From an uncultured Peptostreptococcaceae bacterium (lineage in GTDB: Bacteria; Bacillota; Clostridia; Peptostreptococcales; BM714): a DNA stretch of 64,000 bases. The stretch covers positions 7,489-71,488 of the forward strand of contig CAZXWC010000001.1 of NCBI GenBank assembly GCA_964644525.1, read 5' to 3'. Made by a program: the position numbers and the translations under genes. This document shows positions 1 through 10,033 of the stretch, one piece after another (within the stretch, counting starts at the first letter, position 1; each line of letters begins with the position of its first letter). The notes under the pieces were generated by a model. That model did not search any database. It was not told the origin of the DNA and saw only the letters and a list, made by a program, of their open reading frames with translations.

Positions 1-846
1 TTTGCCTATTCGGACAGACATATCCTTTTCAAGGTCTTCACTAAGCACAATAGACAATTTGTCTTTCTGGTCCAGTGCATCCAAAATACACTTCGCTTTT
101 TCGACATCGCTGAATTCAGGTGTGTGCAATACGTTCGATATGCCGCTCAAATATATCCTGCTGGCATAATTACTGTTCATATGCATCCCTATGGATTCAA
201 TCAAATTATCCACAAAACTCAAATGATTCTCAAAACCACTTTCAATTGCGAGAATTTTTTCCCTGTCCAAACGATTTGCATCCTTGCCCTTCAACCGGGA
301 TTTGAGCATGTTAGAAATTTTATCCAATTCTTCCTGGCTCAAATTGTTTGTCTTTATCACAAGATCCTTCACTATTCCCGATTCAGACACCAATACAAGC
401 AAAGCCCTTGTTTCACTCAACCTTATTATTTTTAGATTTCTCAAGCGGCTTGCCTTGAAATCCGGTGTCAAAATGAAGGATGTAAGGTCAGACATCTGGG
501 AAAGAATTTTTGAAGCATGCCTGATTATTTCTTCTGATTCAAGCATTCTGCTTACAAGTTGATCTCTTATGGATTTTTTTTGTATGTTTGCCATCTTATA
601 CAATCTCATAAGATTGTCAACGTAAAGCCTGTATCCTTCATCCGAAGGAATCCTGCCAGATGATGTGTAAAGCTGTTCAATAAACCCCAATTCCTCCAAA
701 TCAGACATCTCATTGCGGATTGTAGCTGAACTCACACCTAAATTGTATTTTCTCGAAAGAGTTCTGGAGCCGACCGGCTGAGCCGTTTGTATAAAATCAT
801 CGACAATAGCCTGGAAGATTCTCAATTGCCGCTCCGTCAATTGCAT
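1..846 (-). CDS. hrcA: Heat-inducible transcription repressor HrcA (C-terminal part runs off the window start)
   Basis: Own translation from ATG at 846: MQLTERQLRIFQAIVDDFIQTAQPVGSRTLSRKYNLGVSSATIRNEMSDLEELGFIEQ... The frame is open to position 1. A perfect CIRCE lies just upstream, and the lepA-hemW-hrcA synteny fits. It is absent from the ORF track because it is truncated. Confidence 0.9.
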   Translation of the reverse strand, partial: MQLTERQLRIFQAIVDDFIQTAQPVGSRTLSRKYNLGVSSATIRNEMSDLEELGFIEQLYTSSGRIPSDEGYRLYVDNLMRLYKMANIQKKSIRDQLVSRMLESEEIIRHASKILSQMSDLTSFILTPDFKASRLRNLKIIRLSETRALLVLVSESGIVKDLVIKTNNLSQEELDKISNMLKSRLKGKDANRLDREKILAIESGFENHLSFVDNLIESIGMHMNSNYASRIYLSGISNVLHTPEFSDVEKAKCILDALDQKDKLSIVLSEDLEKDMSVRIGK

Positions 847-863
847 GTGGCCACCTCCCGTTA

Positions 864-890
864 TTAGCACTCTGTCTTGTTGAGTGCTAA
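864..890 (-). promoter_or_regulatory. CIRCE operator (HrcA binding site)
   Basis: TTAGCACTC-N9-GAGTGCTAA is an exact match to the consensus inverted repeat. It lies about 17 nt upstream of the hrcA ATG. Confidence 0.9.
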
Positions 891-927
891 TACCATGACT
901 ATAAACTAACACTTAAAAAACAATTTG

Positions 928-2085
928 TCAATATTTTTGATTGATAACATTCAAAAATTCCAGAAATACAGAATTTGAAAGATCCATCCCCTTTCTAGTC
1001 AGAAAAAGTCTTTCGTTTTCAAAGGCAATAAGTCCGTTTATTTTTAAGTCAATAATGGTTTTTTTAAATGTTGTACCAAAATTTATTTGATGTCTTTCCC
1101 CTACCATATTCATATCAATGCCGCTTGTCATCCTGAGCCCAAGAAAAATTTCCTCAAACAAAGCATCTCTTTCAGTAAGCGCTTCACTTTCAACAACTGA
1201 TGATTTGCCCTGCTTGGCACATTTAACATAATCAACAACACTGCTTGTGTTTTGAAAACGTTTTTTTCCTACAAATGAATGTGCCGCAACCCCAAGTCCA
1301 AGATAGCTTCCGCGCTCCCAATAGTTTTTATTATGCAAGGACTCTCTGCCATTTTTTGCGTAATTTGAAATTTCATATTGATAATAACCTTTAGACTTAA
1401 GAAACTCTGTACAAAAATGATGCATTTCTCTTTCTTGCTCGTCTTTGGGAAATAATCCAGGATTTTTCTTCTGCATTTCCCTCATAGGAGTATTATTGTT
1501 TACAATGAGACCATAAGCGGATATATGCTCAGGCGATAATTCATCAACTGCAATTTTCAGGTCCCGCTTCCATATCTCCATATTCTGTCCCGGCAAACCG
1601 TAAATCATATCTATGTTTATGTTTTTAAAGCCACCCTTCCTTGCATTTTCGAATGCAAGAAGACTTTGCCTGCTTTCGTGCGCCCTTCCTATTGTCTTTA
1701 ATATATGATCGTCAAAACTCTGCATTCCTATACTTAATCGATTGTATCCCGCGCTTATCAGCCTCTTTACATCCCTTTGCAGAAGAGATTCCGGATTTGC
1801 TTCCATTGTGATTTCCGCATTCTTATCAATAGTCGCCTTTCTCTTGATTGCGGAAATAAGCTCTTCATGAAATTCCTCCTTCATAAGGCTGGGTGTTCCT
1901 CCCCCGACAAAAATACTTTTTATTTCAGAATCCGACAGTAAATCCGAATATATTTCAATTTCACTTAAGAGCGCTTTCTTGTATACATTTGCAGAATCAT
2001 AGTCATATTTGAAAGAAACAAAATCACAATATGCGCATTTTTTAATGCAAAACGGTATGTGGACATATACTGACAATTTTTTCAT
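928..2085 (-). CDS. hemW: Radical SAM family heme chaperone HemW / oxygen-independent coproporphyrinogen oxidase-like (HemN family)
   Basis: ORF track gives 928..2232. The conserved N-terminus MKKLSVYVHIPFCIKKCAYCDF (CxxxCxxC) begins at the internal ATG 2085, preceded by an AAAGGGGGGGG SD. The 49-aa upstream extension looks non-coding. The position between lepA and hrcA fits. Confidence 0.85.
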   Translation of the reverse strand: MKKLSVYVHIPFCIKKCAYCDFVSFKYDYDSANVYKKALLSEIEIYSDLLSDSEIKSIFVGGGTPSLMKEEFHEELISAIKRKATIDKNAEITMEANPESLLQRDVKRLISAGYNRLSIGMQSFDDHILKTIGRAHESRQSLLAFENARKGGFKNINIDMIYGLPGQNMEIWKRDLKIAVDELSPEHISAYGLIVNNNTPMREMQKKNPGLFPKDEQEREMHHFCTEFLKSKGYYQYEISNYAKNGRESLHNKNYWERGSYLGLGVAAHSFVGKKRFQNTSSVVDYVKCAKQGKSSVVESEALTERDALFEEIFLGLRMTSGIDMNMVGERHQINFGTTFKKTIIDLKINGLIAFENERLFLTRKGMDLSNSVFLEFLNVINQKY

Positions 2086-2169
2086 TGAACCCCCCCCTTT
2101 ACTACAGGCATGAACCCATTTTCGCGAAAAATAAAAGACCGATGCTAACACTGTTTGAACTACGCCTTT

Positions 2170-2209
2170 AAAAGCTTTCTGTGGCGAACAAACGCCCCGG
2201 AAAGCTTTT
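2170..2209 (-). terminator. Long hairpin between lepA and hemW (possible weak terminator or attenuator)
   Basis: 10-bp outer stem AAAAGCTTTC/GAAAGCTTTT enclosing an inner GGCG/CGCC stem. Only a short U run follows in the minus-strand sense. Confidence 0.35.
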
Positions 2210-2244
2210 TTCACATTAAACAGTACATTCACATCAGTCTTGGC

Positions 2245-4059
2245 TTATTTGTTTTCATTCAATTTCAAAACGGCCAGAAATGCGTCCTGCGGGACTTCCA
2301 CATTCCCAAGCATCCTCATTTTTTTCTTGCCTTCCTTTTGTTTCTCAAGCAATTTTCTCTTTCTTGATATGTCCCCACCATAACATTTTGCCAATACATC
2401 CTTTCTCATGGCCTTTATATTCTCACGTGCAATCACTTTATTTCCTATTGCCGCCTGAATCGGTATTACGAACATATGCCTGGGAATTACATCCTTCAAC
2501 TTTTCGCACATGGATCTTCCTCTCTGCACAGCCTTGCTTTCATGCGCAATCATTGAAAAGGCATCCACAACTTCTCTGTTTATCAAAATATCCAGTCTCA
2601 CCAAATCGGATTTTCTGTACTCCTTTATACTGTAGTCCAAAGAACCGTATCCTCTTGTCTTCGACTTCAATACATCAAAAAAATCATATATTACTTCATT
2701 TAGCGGAAGTTCATAATGAAGTATTACTCTATGCTCGTCTATATACTCCATATTCATCAAAGTTCCTCTGCGGTCCTGGCACAGCTCCATAATGTTTCCA
2801 ACATATTGATTTGGAAGCATTATGCTGGCATCGACAAGGGGTTCTTCCATGAAGTCGATTTCACTTTCCTTTGGCATATCTGTGGGATTCTGGATTTCAA
2901 TAATGCTCCCATCTGTTTTGATTATTTTGTAAATTACGCTTGGAAGTGTTGCTATCATGTTAAGACCGAATTCACGTTCCAACCTTTGCTGGATTATTTC
3001 CAAGTGGAGCAATCCGAGAAATCCACATCTATATCCAAAACCCAATGCTACGGAAACTTCCGGTTCATAAACCAACGAAGCGTCATTCAGTTGCAGCTTT
3101 TCCAATGCGTCTCCTATATTTTCATATTTCTCACCCTCAGCGGGATAAATGCCGCAATACACCATTGGGGTCACTTTCTTGTAGCCAGGCAATGCCTTTT
3201 CGCATGGGTTTTTATACAAGGTTATAGTATCTCCCACGCGACAATTTTCAACATTCTTAATACTCGCTGTAAGAAATCCCACATTTCCCGCTTTAAGCTC
3301 TTTTTTTGAAATCATATTTGGCGAAAAAACTCCCACATCTGTAACTTCAAAAGTTTCACCCGTTGAAACCATCATTATGATGTCCTTGGGAGCTACTTTT
3401 CCCTCAACAACCCTTATATTTGCAACAGCACCCTTGTAGCTATCGTAGTATGAATCGAAAATCAAAGCTTTAAGAGCTTCTTCTTCATCCCCACCAGGCG
3501 GAGGAATCTGCTCCACGATTGCCTTAAGCACTTCTTCAATATTTATACCGTTTTTTGCTGAAATCCTTGGGGCGCTGGATGCATCGATTCCAACTATCTC
3601 CTCAATTTCTTCAATTACCTCTTCAATCCTGGCGCTAGGCAAATCTATTTTATTTATTACAGGCAGTATTTCAAGGTCCTGGTCCACTGCCAAATAAACA
3701 TTTGCCAATGTTTGGGCCTCAACTCCCTGACTTGCATCAACAACCAAAATAGCCCCTTCGCATGCCGCCAGGCTCCTGGATACCTCATAATTGAAGTCTA
3801 CATGTCCAGGTGTATCTATCAGATTCAAGTAATACTCTTCCCCGTCCTCGTGCTTATAAATCAGTTGTATGCTCTGCAGCTTTATTGTAATTCCCCTTTC
3901 CCTTTCAAGCTCCATATTATCAAGCACCTGGTTCTTCATTTCCCTTTGAGAAATAAGTCCGGTCTTTTCGATCAACCTGTCCGCCAAAGTGGATTTGCCG
4001 TGGTCTATATGCGCTATTATGGAAAAATTCCTTGTTCTCTTTTTATAATCTTCAGCCAT
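2245..4059 (-). CDS. lepA: Translation elongation factor 4 (LepA)
   Basis: 604 aa. GTPase motifs AHIDHGKST and [16 protein letters not shown] upstream of the ATG. Confidence 0.97.
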   Translation of the reverse strand: MAEDYKKRTRNFSIIAHIDHGKSTLADRLIEKTGLISQREMKNQVLDNMELERERGITIKLQSIQLIYKHEDGEEYYLNLIDTPGHVDFNYEVSRSLAACEGAILVVDASQGVEAQTLANVYLAVDQDLEILPVINKIDLPSARIEEVIEEIEEIVGIDASSAPRISAKNGINIEEVLKAIVEQIPPPGGDEEEALKALIFDSYYDSYKGAVANIRVVEGKVAPKDIIMMVSTGETFEVTDVGVFSPNMISKKELKAGNVGFLTASIKNVENCRVGDTITLYKNPCEKALPGYKKVTPMVYCGIYPAEGEKYENIGDALEKLQLNDASLVYEPEVSVALGFGYRCGFLGLLHLEIIQQRLEREFGLNMIATLPSVIYKIIKTDGSIIEIQNPTDMPKESEIDFMEEPLVDASIMLPNQYVGNIMELCQDRRGTLMNMEYIDEHRVILHYELPLNEVIYDFFDVLKSKTRGYGSLDYSIKEYRKSDLVRLDILINREVVDAFSMIAHESKAVQRGRSMCEKLKDVIPRHMFVIPIQAAIGNKVIARENIKAMRKDVLAKCYGGDISRKRKLLEKQKEGKKKMRMLGNVEVPQDAFLAVLKLNENK

Positions 4060-4151
4060 GCCAATACCTCCTCAAATACTCTTGAAATTGCTCCATTCAT
4101 TATAACACAGGTCAACTTTAGCGTATAGTTTTAGAATCGCCAAAGTCTTTC

Positions 4152-4180
4152 TTGCATTATGTATTTTATCATGGTAAAAT
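4152..4180 (+). promoter_or_regulatory. Sigma-A type promoter of rpsT
   Basis: TTGCAT, 17-nt spacer, then TGgTAAAAT (extended -10), about 38 nt upstream of the rpsT start. Confidence 0.6.
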
Positions 4181-4217
4181 ATCCTTTGTCAGTTAGATTA
4201 CAAGGGGGTGAATGAAA

Positions 4218-4490
4218 ATGGCAAATATCAAATCAGCAAAGAAACGCATTACTGTCATTAAACGAAAATCTGTGGAAAACAAAAGCATCAGGTCAAGCGT
4301 AAAAACAGCAATCAGAAAATTTAACGAAGCTGTTGAATCAGGTGACGCTACTTTGGCAGCAAATGAATTCATTTCTGCCGAGAAAACCATTAATCAAGCG
4401 GCAAGTAAGAATGTTTTTCATAAAAACAACGCTTCAAGAAAAGTTTCAAGTCTCGAAAGAAAACTTAACAATCTTAAAAACGTTCAATAA
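4218..4490 (+). CDS. rpsT: 30S ribosomal protein S20
   Basis: MANIKSAKKRITVIKRKSVENKSIRSSVKTAIRKF... The GGGGGTG SD is 7-8 nt before ATG 4218. The ORF-track start at 4212 is too close to the SD. Confidence 0.93.
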   Translation: MANIKSAKKRITVIKRKSVENKSIRSSVKTAIRKFNEAVESGDATLAANEFISAEKTINQAASKNVFHKNNASRKVSSLERKLNNLKNVQ

Positions 4491-4538
4491 TTCGCGAAAA
4501 ACAATTTTCCCCATTGTAATTCGCTAAGCAAATAAAAA

Positions 4539-4566
4539 GCCTCTTCCATACGGAAGAGGCTTTTCT
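4539..4566. terminator. Rho-independent terminator (convergent rpsT / holA)
   Basis: GCCTCTTCC-ATAC-GGAAGAGGC followed by TTTTCT and preceded by an A-run. Confidence 0.85.
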
Positions 4567-4574
4567 GACAGTTT

Positions 4575-5615
4575 TTATGCATAATTTCTTTCATATATCA
4601 AATTGCCTATTTCGCAAACAAGCACTTCGATGGACATTCGCTTTTGACTTGAAAATGATTTGCATTTCAATTCCGTTTTCATGCACGAATCCATAATCTT
4701 TTCTATGGTTGCCATATCAAGTTTTTCACCTTGCCTCAGTGTTTTTTTATAAACAAAATCACTCTTTATTTTCAAAGTCTTCATGGTTTCGTTTTTTGAA
4801 AACCCGTTTCCCGTCATGCTCTTGACCTTCATTATTTGTCTAAAATGCCGACTGATCATAAAAAGTATTTTTATTTCGGATTCACCCATTTCACACAATA
4901 TTTCCAAATTTTTAAGAGCATATGCCGTTTTACCTTCAGAAATGCTATCCGTAAACTTGAATATGTTGGCTTCCTCTCTTATGTTTAATAATCCGGCAAA
5001 ATCATTATTTTCTATGACCGTCCTGCCATTAAGTCTGCCAATCAATTTTTTTATTTTGCTTTCCGAATCATACAGATTTCCCGGCCTTTCTTTATTAAAA
5101 TATCCCAATTGCTGAATCAACTTCCTCTTGTCGGCTTTTGAAATTGAAATTCCATTTGTATAAAAAAAATCTTCAAGCCATTCATCATACCTTTCATGTG
5201 AAAACCTCTTTGTTTCTATTACAAGCTTCATTTTTTTAAAATATTTGTAGACAAAACTTCTTTTGTCTACCCGTTCATTAAGCAAAAGCAGCATCGTCGA
5301 TTCAGGAACCTTTTCAATAAAATTATCCATATCTTCTTTACTTTTAAAGCTTTCAGAGGCAATTTTAATAAAATCCTCCACAACAACCACCCTATGTCCA
5401 CACATAAATGGAAGTGTGACTACCTTTTCCTCAATTTCCCTTATATTCGTTATTTGTTCAAGCTTATGAAAATTTAGCTCCATCACACATCCGTCCAAGT
5501 ATTTATTTGAAATATGTTCGACAAATTTATCTGCAATATATTTTTCATCTCCTTCTATAAAAAAAACTCTTTGTCCGAAAGAATCCGGCAATCCCGTTAA
5601 TTTATTCAAGTCCAT
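4575..5615 (-). CDS. holA: DNA polymerase III subunit delta
   Basis: About 346 aa, in the conserved comEC-holA-rpsT position. Internal ATG 5615 has an AGGAG SD, whereas the ORF-track start at 5678 would overlap comEC by 77 nt. The call rests mainly on synteny and size. Confidence 0.7.
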   Translation of the reverse strand: MDLNKLTGLPDSFGQRVFFIEGDEKYIADKFVEHISNKYLDGCVMELNFHKLEQITNIREIEEKVVTLPFMCGHRVVVVEDFIKIASESFKSKEDMDNFIEKVPESTMLLLLNERVDKRSFVYKYFKKMKLVIETKRFSHERYDEWLEDFFYTNGISISKADKRKLIQQLGYFNKERPGNLYDSESKIKKLIGRLNGRTVIENNDFAGLLNIREEANIFKFTDSISEGKTAYALKNLEILCEMGESEIKILFMISRHFRQIMKVKSMTGNGFSKNETMKTLKIKSDFVYKKTLRQGEKLDMATIEKIMDSCMKTELKCKSFSSQKRMSIEVLVCEIGNLIYERNYA

Positions 5616-7947
5616 ATTCTTCACTCCTGTTTGAAAAATGACTTTTGATAATATACTTTTCCAAGCCGTTTGTTTCAATTAAAATAGCCCCATCGTCGTC
5701 AGTTCTATATATGTCAATTCCATATCCTTTATATCTCTTTATAATACTTGGGGCCGGGTGTCCGAAAAAATTCTTGCCAACCTGCACAACTACTGTTTCC
5801 GGAGCAAAAGATTCCAAAAGAACTTCGGTATTCGATGTTTTGCTTCCATGGTGGCTTGCCTTAATTAAATCTATATCCTCTGTGTTATCAGATGCCAAAC
5901 GTTTTTCGGCTTCCTTTTCTATGTCTCCTGTCAGTAAAAGCTCAAAATCTCTGTAATCCACCAAAAGCACAATAGAATCGTCATTTTCCGTTACATGAAA
6001 ATCCGACTTTCCCAGAGCCTTACAAACATTTAAAACTTTTATTGTCAAGCCATCCATTTCAAGGGACTGCCCAGCTTTTGCAAAAATTACCGAATTCCCT
6101 TTCTCCTTCATTTTCATTACAATTTCATTTTTTATGTTTTCGTTTTCCCACGCAATTTCTTTCAATAGAATTGTATCAATCCGTCCCTTATCTACCAGTT
6201 CAACAAATCCACCGTAATGATCTTCATGATAATGCGTCAATACTGCAAGATCTATTCGCCCTATTCCATCTTTCAGTAAAATATCTTCAATATTTTTATC
6301 CCCACTTCCACTGTCGACTAAAATTTTTCTGTCGTCTTTGGTTCTAAGAAGTATGCAGTCGCCCTGCCCCACGTCGTAAAAGGTTATTTCAATCCGATCT
6401 TTTCCAACGGCAATTGAAGGAACAGCCGTTATTATCATAATTGCAACAAAAACAGACGCCACCCTTTTCATCCTGTCTGCCCTTATAATAAAATCTTTTC
6501 TCGATTGTAACACAAACAATATACAAATGCCGTAATAGAGTCCCATTGCACCTTTTCCCATAGACGGCAATTCTAAATATGCCCAGGAAAGTCCTGCCGA
6601 TGCCTCCGAAAACCAATCCAGCGCCCCCATAGCCAAGTCGACTGGAAATGCCAGTGCATAGGGAACAACCGGAATGGAAAAACGGACGGCTATTGCAAAA
6701 ATATACAGAAATGGCTGCCAAAGCCCCATCAATATAATTGCCGGCACATTCGCAATAATGGAAACAATAGATATGTAATTAAAATGCCATATTATGATTG
6801 GCGCGATGCCTATCTGCACTGCCAAAGATATAAGCAAAGCTTTGACAAACATGTTTTGCGAATTGTTCCATTTTCTGATTGCCGGATAAATGAAATGAAT
6901 TGACGCAACAGCTCCGAATGACAATTGAAAACCCGGCGAATAAAGCTGATACGGATTCAATGTCAAAACAATCAAAGCTGCAACAAGTAAAGAATTAAGC
7001 AAATCATATTTACGTATTGCAATCCTCGAAATGGCAAGTACGCAAATAAAAATAAAAGCTCTTACTGCAGAAACAGGAAAACCGGTTATAGAAATGAAGC
7101 CGAAAACAAGGACTATAACCGCAACTAATTTAAGCCAACGGTTTTTAAAATGTAGAAAATCAAACAATTTAATTAAAAATCCATATAATATGGCAATATG
7201 CAGACCCGAAACCGCAAAAAGGTGTGAGAGTCCAGACATACCAATATTTTTTTCCTGTTTTTCGCTTAAAAGACTTGTATCACCAAAAACCAACGATGCA
7301 AAATACGCCAAGCTTCTATCTCCAATGTATTCTTTTGATCCTGTAAGTATTTCGTCTTTAATTTCAACAGGATCAAAATTACCATCTGCCGGGACCACTT
7401 CAATAATGCTTGATTTGTCTAAAAAACTAACTTTTTCAAAACCCTTGTACAAGCCATACATTCTGTAATCGAAACCATTAGGATTCTTTGGTTTGCTTTC
7501 TTCATTAAGCCTGCCTTTATATTTTACATAGCTGTGCCTGTATTCCGAAAGGTCGGCATCCGCCAAAAGCAATATAGTCGCCTCTGCATCACGATATCCA
7601 TCTTTAGCATTTACACCTAATACTTTTAAAACCAACTTGCCCTTATTACCGTATTCAGGTCCGTATGTGTATCCATAAACCTCAACTTCACCATTGCCTA
7701 AAACCTGGTTCTGCATTTCTCCCGACACATAAAAGGACAATGCCATTCCCAATAACAGTCCCGCAAGAGCTATTGAAAGACGCTTGAGACTTTCTTTCGT
7801 CCACCCGAATACATATAAAAGACATAAAATCAGCAAAGTAAACCCGTTCATAAACACTGTTAAACTATCAAGCAAAACCAACATACCGATTAAATATGAA
7901 AATATGAATAAAGCCAATGGTCTTCTCAAAACGACACCCCGATTCAA
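5602..7947 (-). CDS. comEC: DNA internalization-related competence protein ComEC/Rec2
   Basis: 781 aa. Polytopic membrane N-terminal part plus a C-terminal metallo-beta-lactamase domain (LTHYHEDHYGG). The start is uncertain: TTG 7947, or TTG 7929 behind a GGGGTG SD. Confidence 0.9.
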   Translation of the reverse strand: MNRGVVLRRPLALFIFSYLIGMLVLLDSLTVFMNGFTLLILCLLYVFGWTKESLKRLSIALAGLLLGMALSFYVSGEMQNQVLGNGEVEVYGYTYGPEYGNKGKLVLKVLGVNAKDGYRDAEATILLLADADLSEYRHSYVKYKGRLNEESKPKNPNGFDYRMYGLYKGFEKVSFLDKSSIIEVVPADGNFDPVEIKDEILTGSKEYIGDRSLAYFASLVFGDTSLLSEKQEKNIGMSGLSHLFAVSGLHIAILYGFLIKLFDFLHFKNRWLKLVAVIVLVFGFISITGFPVSAVRAFIFICVLAISRIAIRKYDLLNSLLVAALIVLTLNPYQLYSPGFQLSFGAVASIHFIYPAIRKWNNSQNMFVKALLISLAVQIGIAPIIIWHFNYISIVSIIANVPAIILMGLWQPFLYIFAIAVRFSIPVVPYALAFPVDLAMGALDWFSEASAGLSWAYLELPSMGKGAMGLYYGICILFVLQSRKDFIIRADRMKRVASVFVAIMIITAVPSIAVGKDRIEITFYDVGQGDCILLRTKDDRKILVDSGSGDKNIEDILLKDGIGRIDLAVLTHYHEDHYGGFVELVDKGRIDTILLKEIAWENENIKNEIVMKMKEKGNSVIFAKAGQSLEMDGLTIKVLNVCKALGKSDFHVTENDDSIVLLVDYRDFELLLTGDIEKEAEKRLASDNTEDIDLIKASHHGSKTSNTEVLLESFAPETVVVQVGKNFFGHPAPSIIKRYKGYGIDIYRTDDDGAILIETNGLEKYIIKSHFSNRSEEYGLE

Positions 7948-7961
7948 AACATTTTTCTATT

Positions 7962-10013
7962 TCAATCTTTTTTCTTAAATGCTGATATTGCGGTTTTTTC
8001 CTTTCCTTGCAGTTTGTATAGGTTGCAGATAAAATCATCAATAATACTTTCGTCCCTTTCTCTGCAATCGTGCATAGAAGAAAGCCATTCAACCGATTGT
8101 TCCGTTAAATGGGGAATCGGTATCCTCATCAGAGGAGTATGATACAGTTCAAGCTGCCTGCCTTTTCTTTTGCCATTGTTCTTTAACCAAAAGTAAACAA
8201 CACTCGAATTCAATATACAACATAGCGCTTTCATGTGTTTTGAGTCCTTCTTTCCTTTTATGAAATATATGTCTGCGCTTCCGTAGCAATTTTTTTCAGT
8301 ATAAACGAAACGATTTTCAAAAGCCCTGTGTGGAACCATTATTTTTGATCCGATGAATATGTCTTCGTCTCTCGGCCATTGCAACTCGTACCAATGCCTT
8401 GCGCCGTTTATTACTTCCCTTCTCTTTGAAAGAATATCCTTGTAGGGGTCGAGGTGTTCAAGAACTGCATCAACATATCCTTTTTCTTCTTTACCCATTT
8501 TACCGCCTGTGACATACAGTAGCAGCCTTTTAGAATCTTTAAGTGAATACCTTCCTATGTCCGAATTCTTATAGAATGGCTTTAGGAATATCGAATTCCT
8601 AAGATTTTCCGGAACACTGCCCATTGATTCAAATACATACACGGGTTCATTCGATGATATTTTTCCTTTTGCCGCCTCAATGTTCCTTTTGTTTGTTCTG
8701 TCGCATCCCGATACAAGCCCCTGCCTCACTTGGCAAAAATCACCCAATGAAAACTTTGCATTTCGTCTTATGCTCATTGAGGCATCCTTGAAGATAACAT
8801 TTTCATACAATACTATGTTTCCGTCAAAATCGTATATGGATTCTCCATCTATATTTTGCATTTCTGCTTTTTCTATGGCTTGTTCAAAACAGTCCGTTTT
8901 CCCACTTGCAATTTTAAGCACTGTTTTTTCTCCATATGCCGGTTTCTTTTGAATTGTAAAAAGCATATTATGCTGACCTTTTGCCGAATTGAAAATTTCC
9001 ACATCGTCAAGCATACATATTTCTTTAAAAAAGGCATTATCTTTTAAGAATCTCCTGAGTTTTCTTGCTCCATCAGCAGTCGTAAAATAATTTGTAGTTA
9101 CATATGACACAACTCCCCCCGGCTTCAACATTTCAAGAGCTTTATAAATGAAATAGTAAAAATAATCCATTTTTGCTTCGTAGAAACGTTCGCCGAAATC
9201 CGACTTTCTCGCTTGCTTAAATATACCCATGTTGCCTTTCTCCCCAAGATATGGAGGATTGCCCAAAAACAGATCATAATCATCGCCAAGCCATGAATCC
9301 GAAACTGCATTTTCTGTGAAAATCCCGGGATTAATGCTTCCAATATCAAAACCATCCAAAAAACGATTCAAAAGCACAATCAGAAACAACTCTAGCCCCT
9401 GCTTGTGTAAATCGTTGGCAAAAAAACCTTTGTTGACTTGTTTCAACAATATTCCCTTTATTTCCTTTTCTGAAGAAATGCATGTTTTCAAAGCTCTTTC
9501 CATTACAGAGAGCATTTTTAGCAAAAAAAGCCCGGACCCTGCGGAAATATCCATGGTTCTTATGACTATATCACGGTTATCCTTCAATATACTCCCCAAG
9601 CCATCGTAGAATTTTCCACAGTCTGGTCCGTATACGCCTTTTTTTTCAAAGTCTTTTTCAAGAGCATAGAAAAGACCACTTTTAACCAAATAAGCCGCAA
9701 CAGGCTCCGGCGTATATACGCTGGCCGTTGAAATGCGCAAGGATTCATCCATGTATTCCTGCAATGCCAATCCATGCAGATATTCGCCCCTTTGCTTAAA
9801 GAATAAATCCGGGGCAATATTTTGAACTATGTCAAAGTCAAGCTTGCAAGCATAATCCCTTCCCAAGTGGGCGTGTATGAATTCTCTGTATTCTTCCCTG
9901 TCCACTCCAAATTCGCAAAGCAAGCGATTCCTGAGCCATCCCAGGTAGGCTTCTTCCGAATCAAAATTCATATATGCTTTTTCCTTTTTTTTATTCCTTT
10001 TCCTTTTGCCCAT
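7962..10013 (-). CDS. Solitary N6-adenine DNA methyltransferase, Eco57I/TaqI-like (gamma class) with C-terminal target-recognition domain
   Basis: 683 aa. Motifs: VYTPEPVAAYLV (motif X-like), DISAGSGLFLL (motif I), FLGNPPYLGEKG (motif IV NPPY), and WYELQWPR in the C-terminal TRD. AAGGAGA SD present. No nuclease domain or neighbouring endonuclease is recognisable. Confidence 0.85.
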   Translation of the reverse strand: MGKRKRNKKKEKAYMNFDSEEAYLGWLRNRLLCEFGVDREEYREFIHAHLGRDYACKLDFDIVQNIAPDLFFKQRGEYLHGLALQEYMDESLRISTASVYTPEPVAAYLVKSGLFYALEKDFEKKGVYGPDCGKFYDGLGSILKDNRDIVIRTMDISAGSGLFLLKMLSVMERALKTCISSEKEIKGILLKQVNKGFFANDLHKQGLELFLIVLLNRFLDGFDIGSINPGIFTENAVSDSWLGDDYDLFLGNPPYLGEKGNMGIFKQARKSDFGERFYEAKMDYFYYFIYKALEMLKPGGVVSYVTTNYFTTADGARKLRRFLKDNAFFKEICMLDDVEIFNSAKGQHNMLFTIQKKPAYGEKTVLKIASGKTDCFEQAIEKAEMQNIDGESIYDFDGNIVLYENVIFKDASMSIRRNAKFSLGDFCQVRQGLVSGCDRTNKRNIEAAKGKISSNEPVYVFESMGSVPENLRNSIFLKPFYKNSDIGRYSLKDSKRLLLYVTGGKMGKEEKGYVDAVLEHLDPYKDILSKRREVINGARHWYELQWPRDEDIFIGSKIMVPHRAFENRFVYTEKNCYGSADIYFIKGKKDSKHMKALCCILNSSVVYFWLKNNGKRKGRQLELYHTPLMRIPIPHLTEQSVEWLSSMHDCRERDESIIDDFICNLYKLQGKEKTAISAFKKKD

Positions 10014-10033
10014 AATTTCTCCTTGTTCAAATC

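Noticed and set aside
2086-2232. N-terminal extensions in the ORF track for many genes: hemW, holA, rnfD, relA, maf, obg, ridA, comEA, the PHP gene, the MBL hydrolase at 54825, the DUF4177-like gene and rodA.
   Set aside because: In each case an internal ATG, TTG or GTG has a well-spaced SD and matches the conserved protein N-terminus. The extension overlaps the upstream gene, a promoter or a terminator.
6389-6721. 110-aa minus-strand ORF inside comEC in another frame.
   Set aside because: It is fully embedded in the well-supported comEC frame, with no SD and no recognisable motif.
7962-10013. Methyltransferase as part of a restriction-modification or BREX/DISARM-type defence island.
   Set aside because: No endonuclease, specificity subunit, helicase, phosphatase or other defence-associated gene is adjacent. 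The neighbours are core genes (comEC, alaX). It is treated as a solitary MTase pending database checks.
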